NCBI RefSeq assembly: GCF_018861315.1
Contig: NZ_JAHLDL010000001.1
Span: forward strand, 31,923 to 63,922
Direction of reading: 5' to 3'
Length of the DNA: 32,000 bases
Source: Clostridium bowmanii
GTDB lineage: Bacteria; Bacillota; Clostridia; Clostridiales; Clostridiaceae
Shown here: one piece after another, positions 1-8,134 of the stretch
Numbering within the stretch: the first letter of the stretch is position 1
Layout: every line of letters begins with the position of its first letter
Position numbers and translations under genes: made by a program
Notes under the pieces: model-generated
What the model was told of the DNA's origin: nothing
The model's input: only the letters and a program-made list of their open reading frames with translations
Databases searched by the model: none

Positions 1-2
1 TT

Positions 3-248
3 GCAGCAATTATAATAGCCTTAGAACTATTTGGGCACTCTACAGGTATATATACATCTATAGCCTGCGTAGTTGCATATTTGATTATGGGACATACGAG
101 TATTTATCCAACACAAATTCTTGTAACAAGTAAGACTCCATCAATTAAATATGATGTGAACAAAGAAATTAGTAATTCTAGAAGTAAGGATGTTGTCTTA
201 AAATATGGTTTTCAGAAAAAATTGTTTGGTGATAAATATAAGGATTAA
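3..248 (+). CDS. C-terminal end of a ClC/EriC-type chloride channel family membrane protein (5' end lies outside the window)
   Basis: Frame 3 is open from the window edge to TAA at 246-248. It is not in the ORF track because it has no start. The translation AAIIIALELFGHSTGIYTSIACVVAYLIMGHTSIYPTQILV... looks like the last helices of ClC channels (E-L-x-G ... A-Y-L ... Y-x-x-Q). Confidence 0.45.
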   Translation, partial: AAIIIALELFGHSTGIYTSIACVVAYLIMGHTSIYPTQILVTSKTPSIKYDVNKEISNSRSKDVVLKYGFQKKLFGDKYKD

Positions 249-290
249 TTATTATAAATCTATTATAATATAATAACAATAACCTATAAA

Positions 291-325
291 TTCCATTAAA
301 TTATGGACAATATATTTTAATGGAA
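291..325 (+). terminator. Weak AT-only hairpin downstream of the ClC gene
   Basis: TTCCATTAAA (291-300) is the exact reverse complement of TTTAATGGAA (316-325), with a 15-nt loop. The U-tract is poor. Confidence 0.3.
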
Positions 326-336
326 ATTATAAGTTC

Positions 337-365
337 TTGCAATGTATACGATTATCTTTTATATT
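337..365 (+). promoter_or_regulatory. Candidate sigma-A promoter for tkt
   Basis: TTGCAA (337-342), a 17-nt spacer, then TATATT (360-365). Confidence 0.4.
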
Positions 366-446
366 TATTATAAGACATACATATGTTTATTATAAATAAC
401 TTTTAAAATGTTAAATATAACATATATAAATAAGGAGGAATTTAAA

Positions 447-2438
447 TTGAGTAAAATTGAACAACTAACCGTAGATACTATAAGAGTTCTATCCGCCGAG
501 GCAATACAAAAATCAAATTCAGGACACCCAGGGCTTCCCCTTGGAGTTGCACCTATGGCTTACACCTTATGGTCAAAGCATATGAAACATAACCCTAAAA
601 ATTCAAAATGGCAGGATAGAGACAGATTTGTACTATCCGCAGGACATGGATCAATGCTTGAATATTCACTTCTCCATCTTTTTGGATATGGTTTAACTAT
701 TGAAGATATAAAAAATTTCAGACAATTTGGAAGCTTAACACCTGGTCATCCTGAGTATGGTCATACAAGAGGTGTTGAAGTTACTACAGGGCCTCTAGGT
801 CAGGGGATTGCTAATGCAGTAGGTATGGCAATAGCTGAAAGTCATCTTGCCGCAAAATTCAATACAAGTGAACATGCTATTGTAAATCATTATACATATG
901 CTATATGTGGTGATGGAGATAATATGGAAGGTATTTCTGGAGAAGCAGCATCCCTAGCAGGTACTTTAGGACTTTCTAAGCTTATTGTAATGTATGATTC
1001 AAATGCAATATCTATAGAAGGAAGTACAGATATTGCATTTACAGAAGACGTAGGCATGCGATTTACTGCCTATGGATGGCAGGTTTTATATGTAGAAGAT
1101 GGCAATGATATGGAAGCGATAAGTAATGCCCTTGAAACTGCAAAACTTGAACTTAATAAACCTTCCTTTATTGTGGTAAAAACTATTATAGGATTTGGTT
1201 GTGCTAAAAAACAAGGTACTGCATCAGCACATGGTGAACCTCTTGGAGAAGATAATATATTAGATATGAAAAAATGCTTAGGCTGTAGTGAAGAACCTTT
1301 TACTGTTCCAACTGAAGTAATTAATCATATGGAAAATGTAAAATCAGACCTTGCAAAACAAGAAGATGCTTGGAACACACTTTACACTCAATATAAAGAA
1401 AAGAATCCTGAGCTTGCTAGTGAATACGACGCATGGCAAAACGGAGAACTTTCTACAGATTTACTTAAGGTAGAAGAAATGTGGAAGTTTGAAGGTAAAG
1501 CCGCAACAAGAAACTCATCTGGAGCTATAATAAATATATTAGCAAAATATGTACCAAACCTTATAGGTGGATCAGCAGATCTTGCTCCATCTAACAAAAC
1601 ATATATGAAAGGCATGGGTGATTTTTCAAGGGAAGATAGAAACGGATCTAATCTTCATTTTGGTGTAAGAGAACATGCAATGGCAGCTATTGCAAATGGC
1701 ATCTATGTACATGGTGGTCTTAAACCTTTTGTTTCAACTTTCTTTGTATTTAGTGATTATATGAAGGGCGCTATGAGATTATCTGCTCTTATGGGTCTTC
1801 CCGTAACTTATGTTTTAACTCACGATAGTATCGCAGTTGGTGAAGATGGGCCGACTCATGAACCAATTGAACATCTTGCAGCACTTAGGGCTCTACCAAA
1901 CTTTAATGTATTTAGACCAGCTGATTCTAAAGAAACAGCAGTTGGATGGTATGCTGCAATGACTTCAAAGACAACACCTACGGCATTAATACTTACAAGG
2001 CAAAATCTTCCTTTATATGAAGAGACCTCAACAGAAGCCTTAAAGGGTGCCTATGTATTAAAAACCTATGAAGATGCAGGTAAAAACCCTGATATTATTT
2101 TAATGGCTTCTGGTTCTGAAGTAGAATACATTTATGAAGGCGCTAAAGTATTAAATGAAAAAGGTATAAAGGCTAGAGTAGTAAGCATGCCTTGTTTAGA
2201 TTTATTTGAAGCACAATCAGATGAATATAAGGAATCTATATTACCAAAAGATCTAAGAGTTAGATTGGCAGTAGAAGCAGCTTCTTCCTTAGGTTGGCAT
2301 AAATATGTTGGTCTAGACGGTGATATAATTTCTATAGATAGATTTGGAGCTTCTGCTCCAGCAGATACACTATTCAAAGAGTTTGGATTTACAACAGAAA
2401 ATGTTGTTGATAAAGCACTTAAACTTCTGAACAAGTAA
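447..2438 (+). CDS. tkt: Transketolase
   Basis: The ORF is 408-2438. AAGGAGG at 432-438 sits 8 nt before an in-frame TTG at 447, which gives the typical MSKIEQL... N-terminus. Motifs seen: SGHPGLPLG, the TPP-binding GDGDNMEG...N, and a full-length pyrimidine-binding and C-terminal domain. Confidence 0.95.
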   Translation: MSKIEQLTVDTIRVLSAEAIQKSNSGHPGLPLGVAPMAYTLWSKHMKHNPKNSKWQDRDRFVLSAGHGSMLEYSLLHLFGYGLTIEDIKNFRQFGSLTPGHPEYGHTRGVEVTTGPLGQGIANAVGMAIAESHLAAKFNTSEHAIVNHYTYAICGDGDNMEGISGEAASLAGTLGLSKLIVMYDSNAISIEGSTDIAFTEDVGMRFTAYGWQVLYVEDGNDMEAISNALETAKLELNKPSFIVVKTIIGFGCAKKQGTASAHGEPLGEDNILDMKKCLGCSEEPFTVPTEVINHMENVKSDLAKQEDAWNTLYTQYKEKNPELASEYDAWQNGELSTDLLKVEEMWKFEGKAATRNSSGAIINILAKYVPNLIGGSADLAPSNKTYMKGMGDFSREDRNGSNLHFGVREHAMAAIANGIYVHGGLKPFVSTFFVFSDYMKGAMRLSALMGLPVTYVLTHDSIAVGEDGPTHEPIEHLAALRALPNFNVFRPADSKETAVGWYAAMTSKTTPTALILTRQNLPLYEETSTEALKGAYVLKTYEDAGKNPDIILMASGSEVEYIYEGAKVLNEKGIKARVVSMPCLDLFEAQSDEYKESILPKDLRVRLAVEAASSLGWHKYVGLDGDIISIDRFGASAPADTLFKEFGFTTENVVDKALKLLNK

Positions 2439-2491
2439 GAGAACGGTGCCCCCCAAGTGCAAGTGGCATCTTCATGAATAATTTTTTAAAT

Positions 2492-2537
2492 AAGATGACC
2501 TATTCAGTATGCTGAATAGGTCATCTTTATTTATTTT
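2492..2537 (+). terminator. Rho-independent terminator of tkt
   Basis: A 16-bp perfect stem, AAGATGACCTATTCAG (2492-2507) with CTGAATAGGTCATCTT (2512-2527). The loop is 4 nt and is followed by TATTTATTTT. Confidence 0.8.
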
Positions 2538-2559
2538 CTACATGAGTTTTTTATTATTT

Positions 2560-3170
2560 TTACTCCATTTTCCAATTTTCTAATAAGTAGTTTTCTGCCT
2601 CTTCACACCAAAGACCCTTCTCAATGGAATATGCAAGGGCAGCAACCATTGAGTCACCTGCTCCTACTGTACTTTTCACATCTACTTTAAGTCCATGTGC
2701 ATATATGGTATTTTCCTTAGTTATAAAAATTGCTCACTGGCCTCCTAAAGATACCGCTAAAATAATGATGCCATATTCCAGCAAACCTTTTGCTTTAGTA
2801 ATCCAATTACCATAGATCTTCTTATCCACGTTGCTAGGCACGCTTCCTGACATAATTAGTATATCTTCACTGTTTATATTGTTAAAAATTTTATCACTTA
2901 ATTCATTTAAGTCTTTTAAACTTGCTTGTGGACCAGCTTCATTAATATCTGTATTAGTGTGATTGTGCATGTCTACAACCTTTATATTTGTTCTTGTTTC
3001 TCCCTTTGTAAAAATAAAGTCATTTAGAATCTTTATATCATCCAAATATTCTTTTATGAACTGACCCGGTTTACCAGAAACAATCCCCATTGCTTTACTT
3101 TCAGAACCCAAATTTTTTATTACTTTTGATACATTAATTCCTTTTCCACCAGCATCGATTCTTATGGGTT
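2560..3170 (-). pseudogene. PfkB-family sugar-phosphate kinase relic (1-phosphofructokinase / tagatose-6-phosphate kinase type)
   Basis: The translation reads ...IRIDAGGKGINVSKVIKNLGSESKAMGIVSG...ILIMSGSVP...LAVSLGGQ, then TGA at 2734-2736. It continues in the same frame as AIFITKENTIYAHGLKVDVKSTVGAGDSMVAALAYS... to TAA at 2560-2562. Upstream of the GGKG motif the frame hits TAG TAA and several more stops. Recognisable N-terminal traces run to about 3250, and no start codon remains. Confidence 0.85.
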
Positions 3171-3434
3171 ACTAACTCACGGCTAAATGGATGAGCTCAT
3201 CTTTAATATATATACAGCTAAAGTTACTAACTACCAATGTATTAAGTCAACTGTTTTAAATCTAGTTTTTAGCTGTAACTATATTTAATTCAGTTCACTT
3301 AATACACCATTTTTTGATATTCACAAATTAGACACCTCTAATTTTCCATAGATTAAATTCTATGGTTTTTGCTTTATAATTAATAATTAATAATTAATCC
3401 TAATTACTAATTCAAAAATAATTACTCTTAACAC

Positions 3435-3463
3435 TTTATTTATTAGGCCAATTATGGTATTAT
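3435..3463 (+). promoter_or_regulatory. Candidate extended -10 promoter for the ferredoxin gene
   Basis: TG at 3455-3456, one nt, then TATTAT at 3458-3463. A weak -35 TTTATT at 3435-3440 lies 17 nt upstream. Confidence 0.35.
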
Positions 3464-3479
3464 GTATGTGGATTATTAA

Positions 3480-3668
<189 letters not shown>

Positions 3669-3694
3669 TTAAGAACATATTTCACATAATTAAA

Positions 3695-3731
3695 ATATAA
3701 GCTACTGACTTTGTCAGTAGCTTATATTTTT
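3695..3731. terminator. Bidirectional terminator between the ferredoxin gene and yitT
   Basis: A 15-bp perfect stem, ATATAAGCTACTGAC (3695-3709) with GTCAGTAGCTTATAT (3713-3727). Both flanks are T-rich. Confidence 0.75.
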
Positions 3732-4583
3732 CTAATCATTTATATCTTTAAATCCCTCTCCTAAAATTTCATGTACGTTATATGAGATTATAAATGCTTT
3801 TTTATCAATTTCTTTTATAAAAATCTTTAATTTTATAAATTCTTTTTTATCTAAGACGGTAGTTATAATTTCTTTTTCCTCATTAGTATATGCTCCTTTA
3901 GCAGTATATAAAGTGGCTCCCCTACTTAGCTCTTCAATAATATACTTTTTTATATCTTCGCCTCTTGTGCTAACAACTTCAATTTTTTTGCAAATATTCA
4001 TTCCTGCAATAACTGCATCTATAGTAAATCCATTGATAATAACTCCAAGCAATGCATACATTCCAATTTTAGGTCCAAAGGCAATACCCGCGAAAATAGT
4101 TACAAAAAAATCAGCTAAAAGTAAAGCTTTGCCTATATCTAAGTGAAAATACTTATAAAGTATTTTGGCTATGATATCAGTCCCTCCTGTGGATGCATTC
4201 TGGTTAAACACCATGCCCATGCCTACTGCTCCAATTAATATTCCAAAGATTAGTTCCAGAAATAAATCGTTTGTAATACTACCGCTCATTGGGTAAATTT
4301 TCTCTAATCCCCATATCATACCAGATAATCCCAAACTAGAATAAATTGTCTTAACTCCAAAGCTAGATCCTATAAATATAAAGCCTATAACAAATAGAAT
4401 TACATTTAATATTAACATTATAGCTCCAATAGAAAGACTTGGCACATACAAATTTATAATCATTGCAAGGCCACTAACTCCACCTACGGCTAAATTATTG
4501 GGCACTAAAAAGAAATAAACTCCAGCAGCTACTAGTGCTAACCCAATAGTTATTAAGACATATTCTTTAATAACTTTACTCAT
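3732..4583 (-). CDS. YitT-family membrane protein (DUF161 repeats plus a C-terminal DUF2179-like domain)
   Basis: The ORF is 3732-4598. GGAGG lies 8 nt before the second ATG (4583), giving MSKVIKEY.... It has multiple TM helices, the motif ASTGGTDIIAKI, and a soluble C-terminal domain. It is a paralog of 8135-8998. Confidence 0.8.
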   Translation of the reverse strand: MSKVIKEYVLITIGLALVAAGVYFFLVPNNLAVGGVSGLAMIINLYVPSLSIGAIMLILNVILFVIGFIFIGSSFGVKTIYSSLGLSGMIWGLEKIYPMSGSITNDLFLELIFGILIGAVGMGMVFNQNASTGGTDIIAKILYKYFHLDIGKALLLADFFVTIFAGIAFGPKIGMYALLGVIINGFTIDAVIAGMNICKKIEVVSTRGEDIKKYIIEELSRGATLYTAKGAYTNEEKEIITTVLDKKEFIKLKIFIKEIDKKAFIISYNVHEILGEGFKDIND

Positions 4584-4662
4584 GCTACTCTCCTCCATTA
4601 TTTTAACTATTCATTACTATAACAATTTTAATATTAATTTATAAACATGAAGATTCAAGTAT

Positions 4663-4861
4663 GTAAGAATGTGGCAAATAGTATATATTGAGTTTTATAG
4701 GCTCTTAGTTTATGTAGTGAAAAATCACAGTAAGGAGCCAAGGAAGGGCTGCTAGCACTTCTGAGACAGGATGCCCAATAAGTGCGGTAGGTGATTTTTC
4801 ATGGAATAAACTTAGAGCCTATTAACGAATGCTCTACTATCAACCCTTCTGCATTCCTTAC
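4663..4861. other. 199-nt rod-shaped imperfect inverted repeat; candidate structured RNA (6S-like layout) or MITE-like element
   Basis: Complementary blocks: 4663-4671/4852-4861, 4678-4683/4835-4840, 4697-4705/4814-4822, 4707-4713/4806-4812 and 4719-4728/4791-4800. A 13x12-nt internal loop sits at 4684-4696/4823-4834. The 62-nt apical domain is G+C-richer than its surroundings. There is no RBS-led ORF. Confidence 0.5.
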
Positions 4862-4936
4862 AGGCACTAAACAATTATTAATTGTTTAGCATCCTACATA
4901 TTGTACCTTCATTGAATACTTAAAATAGTAGCTTTA

Positions 4937-6328
4937 TTAAAACTCAGCACTGCCAGTTGTTCTTGGAAATGGAATAACGTCTCTGATGTTGCTCATTCCT
5001 GTAATATACATAATAGCCCTTTCAAATCCTAATCCAAATCCAGCATGTTTAGTTCCGCCGTATTTTCTTAGCTCTAAATACCACCAGTAATCTTCTTTGT
5101 CAAGACCACATTCTTCCATCCTAGATTCTAAGATGTCTTGTCTTTCTTCTCTTTGACTTCCACCAATAATTTCTCCTATTCCTGGTACAAGTAAGTCCAT
5201 GGCAGCAACTGTTTTATTGTCCTCATTTATTCTCATATAGAAAGATTTTATCTCTTTTGGATAGTCAGTTACAAATAATGGTTTATTATAAACTTCTTCT
5301 GTTAAGTATCTTTCATGCTCAGTTTGAAGGTCGCAGCCCCATGTTACTGGATACTGAAATTCCTTGCCTGATTTTTGTAAAATATCTACAGCTTCAGTGT
5401 ATGTTACCCTGCCAAAATCTGCATTTACAACATTATTTAATCTTTCAATTAAGCCCTTGTCTACAAAACTGTTGAAAAACTCCATTTCTTCTGGAGCATT
5501 TTCCATAACATATTTAATAATATATTTCATCATATCTTCTGCTAGTTGCATATCATCTTTTAGATCTGCAAAAGCTATTTCAGGCTCTATCATCCAAAAT
5601 TCAGCTGCATGTCTTGCGGTATTAGAATTTTCCGCTCTAAATGTTGGTCCAAAAGTGTAAACACTTCTAAATGCTAGTGCAAATGCCTCTGCTGCCAGCT
5701 GTCCGCTTACAGTTAAGCTAGTTTCTTTACCAAAAAAGTCTTGCGTAAAATCAACTTTTTTGTCTTTATCCATAGGCATGTCATTTACATCAAGGGTAGA
5801 TATTCTAAACATTTCACCTGCACCTTCACAATCACTACCAGTAATTATTGGAGTATGAGTATATACAAAGTTTCTCTTTTGAAAAAATTCATGTATAGCA
5901 AAAGCAGTTAGTGACCTTACTCTAAATACTGCTGAAAAAGCATTACTTCTTGGTCTAAGATGTGCAATAGTTCTTAAATACTCAAAAGAGTGCCTTTTCT
6001 TTTGCAATGGATAGTCAGTGTCTGACATTCCTTCTAAAACTATTTTAGTAGCTTTAAGCTCAAATGGTTGCTTAGCTCCTGGTGTTACAACTAGTGTGCC
6101 TTCTATAGTCAAAGAAGAGCTTATAGGTAGCTTAGATATTTCTGAAAAATTCTCTAACCCTTCCTCAAAAACTACTTGAATATTTTTAAAGAAACTTCCA
6201 TCATTAACTTCTATAAATCCAAATGCTTTAGATGCTCTTAAAGTTCTTATCCATCCTGAAATAGATATGTCGCAGTCTTGATACTTTTCTTTTTCTCTGT
6301 AAATTTGTTTTACTAACAATTTTTCCAT
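4937..6328 (-). CDS. asnS: Asparagine--tRNA ligase
   Basis: A 463-aa class IIb aaRS with an N-terminal OB fold. Motif 2 is [21 protein letters not shown] and motif 3 is [22 protein letters not shown] precedes the ATG. The upstream T-box carries an AAC specifier. Confidence 0.93.
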   Translation of the reverse strand: MEKLLVKQIYREKEKYQDCDISISGWIRTLRASKAFGFIEVNDGSFFKNIQVVFEEGLENFSEISKLPISSSLTIEGTLVVTPGAKQPFELKATKIVLEGMSDTDYPLQKKRHSFEYLRTIAHLRPRSNAFSAVFRVRSLTAFAIHEFFQKRNFVYTHTPIITGSDCEGAGEMFRISTLDVNDMPMDKDKKVDFTQDFFGKETSLTVSGQLAAEAFALAFRSVYTFGPTFRAENSNTARHAAEFWMIEPEIAFADLKDDMQLAEDMMKYIIKYVMENAPEEMEFFNSFVDKGLIERLNNVVNADFGRVTYTEAVDILQKSGKEFQYPVTWGCDLQTEHERYLTEEVYNKPLFVTDYPKEIKSFYMRINEDNKTVAAMDLLVPGIGEIIGGSQREERQDILESRMEECGLDKEDYWWYLELRKYGGTKHAGFGLGFERAIMYITGMSNIRDVIPFPRTTGSAEF

Positions 6329-6368
6329 AAAATTGCCCTCCTTATATTTTTATACTTTTTTAGATAAT

Positions 6369-6662
6369 AAAAAAAGCCCTTCCTCCCTTAATAAATAAAG
6401 GGACGAAAGGCTATAATTTCGCGATACCACCCAATTTGTCATAAAATATGACCACTCTATTCAATACAGAATTATAAAATCCATGATGTGAATTATAATT
6501 CGATAATGACCAACAATTAACGGATTGGACCCGTCTAAGCCTACTCTCTTGTAGATTTCGGTTAGAAACTCTGAGATGTTCTTCAATATAAACCTCGTAT
6601 TGGTCTTTCACCACCACCAACTCGCTATGACTACCTTTTATATTTACTCTTCTCTTCACAGT
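6369..6662 (-). promoter_or_regulatory. T-box riboswitch leader (Asn, AAC specifier) with terminator/antiterminator
   Basis: Read on the minus strand. Stem I starts GAAGAGAAGAGTA, with a distal AGCGA...GGTGAAAG. The specifier context is TTGAAGAACA (AAC corresponds to plus-strand 6578-6580). The T-box sequence AAATTGGGTGGTATCGCG corresponds to plus 6420-6437. The terminator AGCCTTTCGTCCCTTT...AAGGGAGGAAGGGCT is followed by a T7 run (plus 6369-6413). Confidence 0.85.
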
Positions 6663-6725
6663 ATTTATATGTGAAAATTATAATAATTAGTATTTGCACT
6701 AATTAATTTTTATATTCTAATTTAG

Positions 6726-6754
6726 ATTATAATATTTATAATAATAATTGTCAA
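6726..6754 (-). promoter_or_regulatory. Sigma-A promoter for the T-box leader and asnS
   Basis: On the minus strand: TTGACA (plus 6749-6754), an exact 17-nt spacer, then TATAAT (plus 6726-6731). Confidence 0.65.
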
Positions 6755-6760
6755 ATTTTT

Positions 6761-7516
6761 TTATAACTTACTCGCCATTATTGCCGCCCCTATAGACCCT
6801 GCATATCGTCCCAATGCATTTGTAGTAACTTCTTTTCCTAATTTTTCTGATAGACTGCTTAAAATATAATCATTCCCCGATAAGCCCCCTGTAAAGAAAA
6901 TAATTAAACCCTACAGAGTGTTTTCCACATAAGGAGCTAACTTTACTGACTATTGAATCAACAATAGCAAACGCTATATCTTCTTTTTTCTCTCCCCTGC
7001 CTATAAGACTAATAACTTCAGATTCAGCAAACACAGTACACCTTGAGCTTATTGTAATTCCACTGCCCTTAGCTGCTAAATTACAAAGTGAATCTATATC
7101 CATGCCTAGCGCATTAGACATAATTTCTAGAAACCTGCCAGTGCCTGCAGAGCATTTATCATTCATAATAAAATCCGTTATCATACCATTTTCTACACAA
7201 TAACTTTTGTATCTTGTCCACCTATATCAATCACAGTACAGTCAGAGCACAATAAATAGTTGGCACCCTTACCATGACAAGTTATTTCTGTTATAGTTTT
7301 ATCTGCATAAGGCACAGATACTCTTCCATGCCCTGTTGCTACAACCTTTGAATTTTCATTATTTATTCCTAATAAATTCAATTTATCTTTGATAGTATTA
7401 GCAGTTTCAACACTGCTCCATCCTGTAGGCATTACAAAGTACTTTTCTAACTTATCGCCCTTAAATACTGCTACTTTAGCTGCTGTCGAACCAATGTCTA
7501 TTCCTATGTAAAACAT
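6761..7516 (-). pseudogene. BadF/BadG/BcrA/BcrD-type ATPase (HgdC-like 2-hydroxyacyl-CoA dehydratase activase) disrupted by two frameshifts
   Basis: Three consecutive frame segments were found. The first is MFYIGIDIGSTAAKV...IDIGGQDTKVIV, ending at a stop at 7193-7195. The second is (V)ENGMITDFIMNDKCSAGTGRFLE...CGKHSV, with a shift near 6905-6915. The third is LIIFFTGGLSGNDYILSSLSEKLGKEVTTNALGRYAGSIGAAIMASKL, ending at TAA 6761-6763. Total length is 252 codons, which is normal for this family. The AAGGAG RBS is intact. Confidence 0.85.
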
Positions 7517-7656
7517 ATTTTTATCTCCTTATATTATATGTATTTTAACTATATCTTTAATTATAATACATTTAAGCTGAAATCCTCAAATTATTTTTCT
7601 ATTCATTAACTTTAAAGAATAAATATTTCGTAACCATGATATCATATTATATTTAA

Positions 7657-7700
7657 AATGAAAGAACAACTATTAGTAATTTAATAGTTGTTCTTTCATT
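7657..7700 (-). terminator. Terminator of the 81-aa acidic protein gene
   Basis: A 19-bp perfect stem, AATGAAAGAACAACTATTA (7657-7675) with TAATAGTTGTTCTTTCATT (7682-7700). The loop is 6 nt, and TTTAAAT follows on the minus strand. Confidence 0.7.
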
Positions 7701-7753
7701 TCCTATCTTAAGCTTCCATATCCTATCTTGATTATCTAACCTTTGATGGACCA

Positions 7754-7999
7754 TTAATCAAAATCTTCGTATTCATCTTCTTCTTCATATTCGTCTTCAA
7801 CTATTTCACCAATAACTGAATCTCTCTTAGCAATTTCTCCAGTAACCTTATTTTCAACAATAATGTTAGATTTTACACATCCATCTTCTTCACTTATAAA
7901 AGTTCTTGCTGTAATATCACCCTTTTCTAAAGCTACTCCCTGTGTAAGTTTTTCTGGATGATCAAATGTAATAGGCTTATTATCTAATCTATCACTCAT
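7754..7999 (-). CDS. Hypothetical small protein with a poly-acidic C-terminus (81 aa)
   Basis: The ORF has AAAGGAAGTGAG upstream and its own terminator. The C-terminus reads EIVEDEYEEEDEYEDFD. I do not recognise the family. Confidence 0.55.
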   Translation of the reverse strand: MSDRLDNKPITFDHPEKLTQGVALEKGDITARTFISEEDGCVKSNIIVENKVTGEIAKRDSVIGEIVEDEYEEEDEYEDFD

Positions 8000-8134
8000 T
8001 GTATACTCACTTCCTTTCTAAATCTATTTTGTGCAGGAAGTCATCCAAATATACTTTGAAAATGTTGCCTAATTTACATTTTTCTAAAGTTAAAAAAGCT
8101 CAAAAAATTTATAATTGATTATACCTTAACCATT

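Noticed and set aside
408-446. The N-terminal extension of transketolase from the ATG at 408 (MLNITYINKEEFK...).
   Set aside because: The AAGGAGG RBS lies inside this extension. The TTG at 447 gives the canonical MSKIEQL start, so the extension is most likely untranslated.
2734-2736. I considered whether TGA is reassigned to glycine (a code-25-like recoding). Both in-frame TGAs (2734-2736 and 31528-31530) fall at Gly positions of homologs, and no intact gene here ends in TGA.
   Set aside because: Both affected genes carry additional, independent damage: multiple TAG/TAA stops and a lost start in one, and a missing region 4 plus a TAG in the other. Long conserved genes (tkt, clpA, GH65, asnS) are full length with no internal TGA, which would be unexpected if TGA were a working Gly codon. 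GGA to TGA is a simple one-step change from a Gly codon that is common in AT-rich genomes. Ordinary pseudogenisation is the simpler reading.
3311-3330. A Rex-box-like sequence (TTGATATTCACAA) upstream of the ferredoxin gene.
   Set aside because: Only the right half-site TTCACAA matches. The left half fails the TTGTGAA consensus. The sequence lies about 170 nt upstream of the promoter, inside the kinase relic.
3371-3420. Periodic TAATTA/TAATAA repeats (ATAATTAATAATTAATAATTAATCCTAATTACTAATTC...).
   Set aside because: This is simple AT-rich low-complexity sequence in an intergenic or relic region. It has no defined repeat unit boundaries and no associated genes. It may act as an UP-element-like tract, but that cannot be supported from the sequence alone.
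4868-4890. The palindrome CTAAACAATTATTAATTGTTTAG downstream of asnS, considered as the asnS terminator.
   Set aside because: It forms a hairpin but has no U-tract on the minus strand. I could not support it as an intrinsic terminator. Termination or processing may instead involve the adjacent 199-nt rod element.
6411-6659. An 82-aa ORF on the minus strand upstream of asnS.
   Set aside because: It lies wholly within the T-box leader RNA (stem I through antiterminator) and has no RBS. It is a structural RNA region, not a gene.
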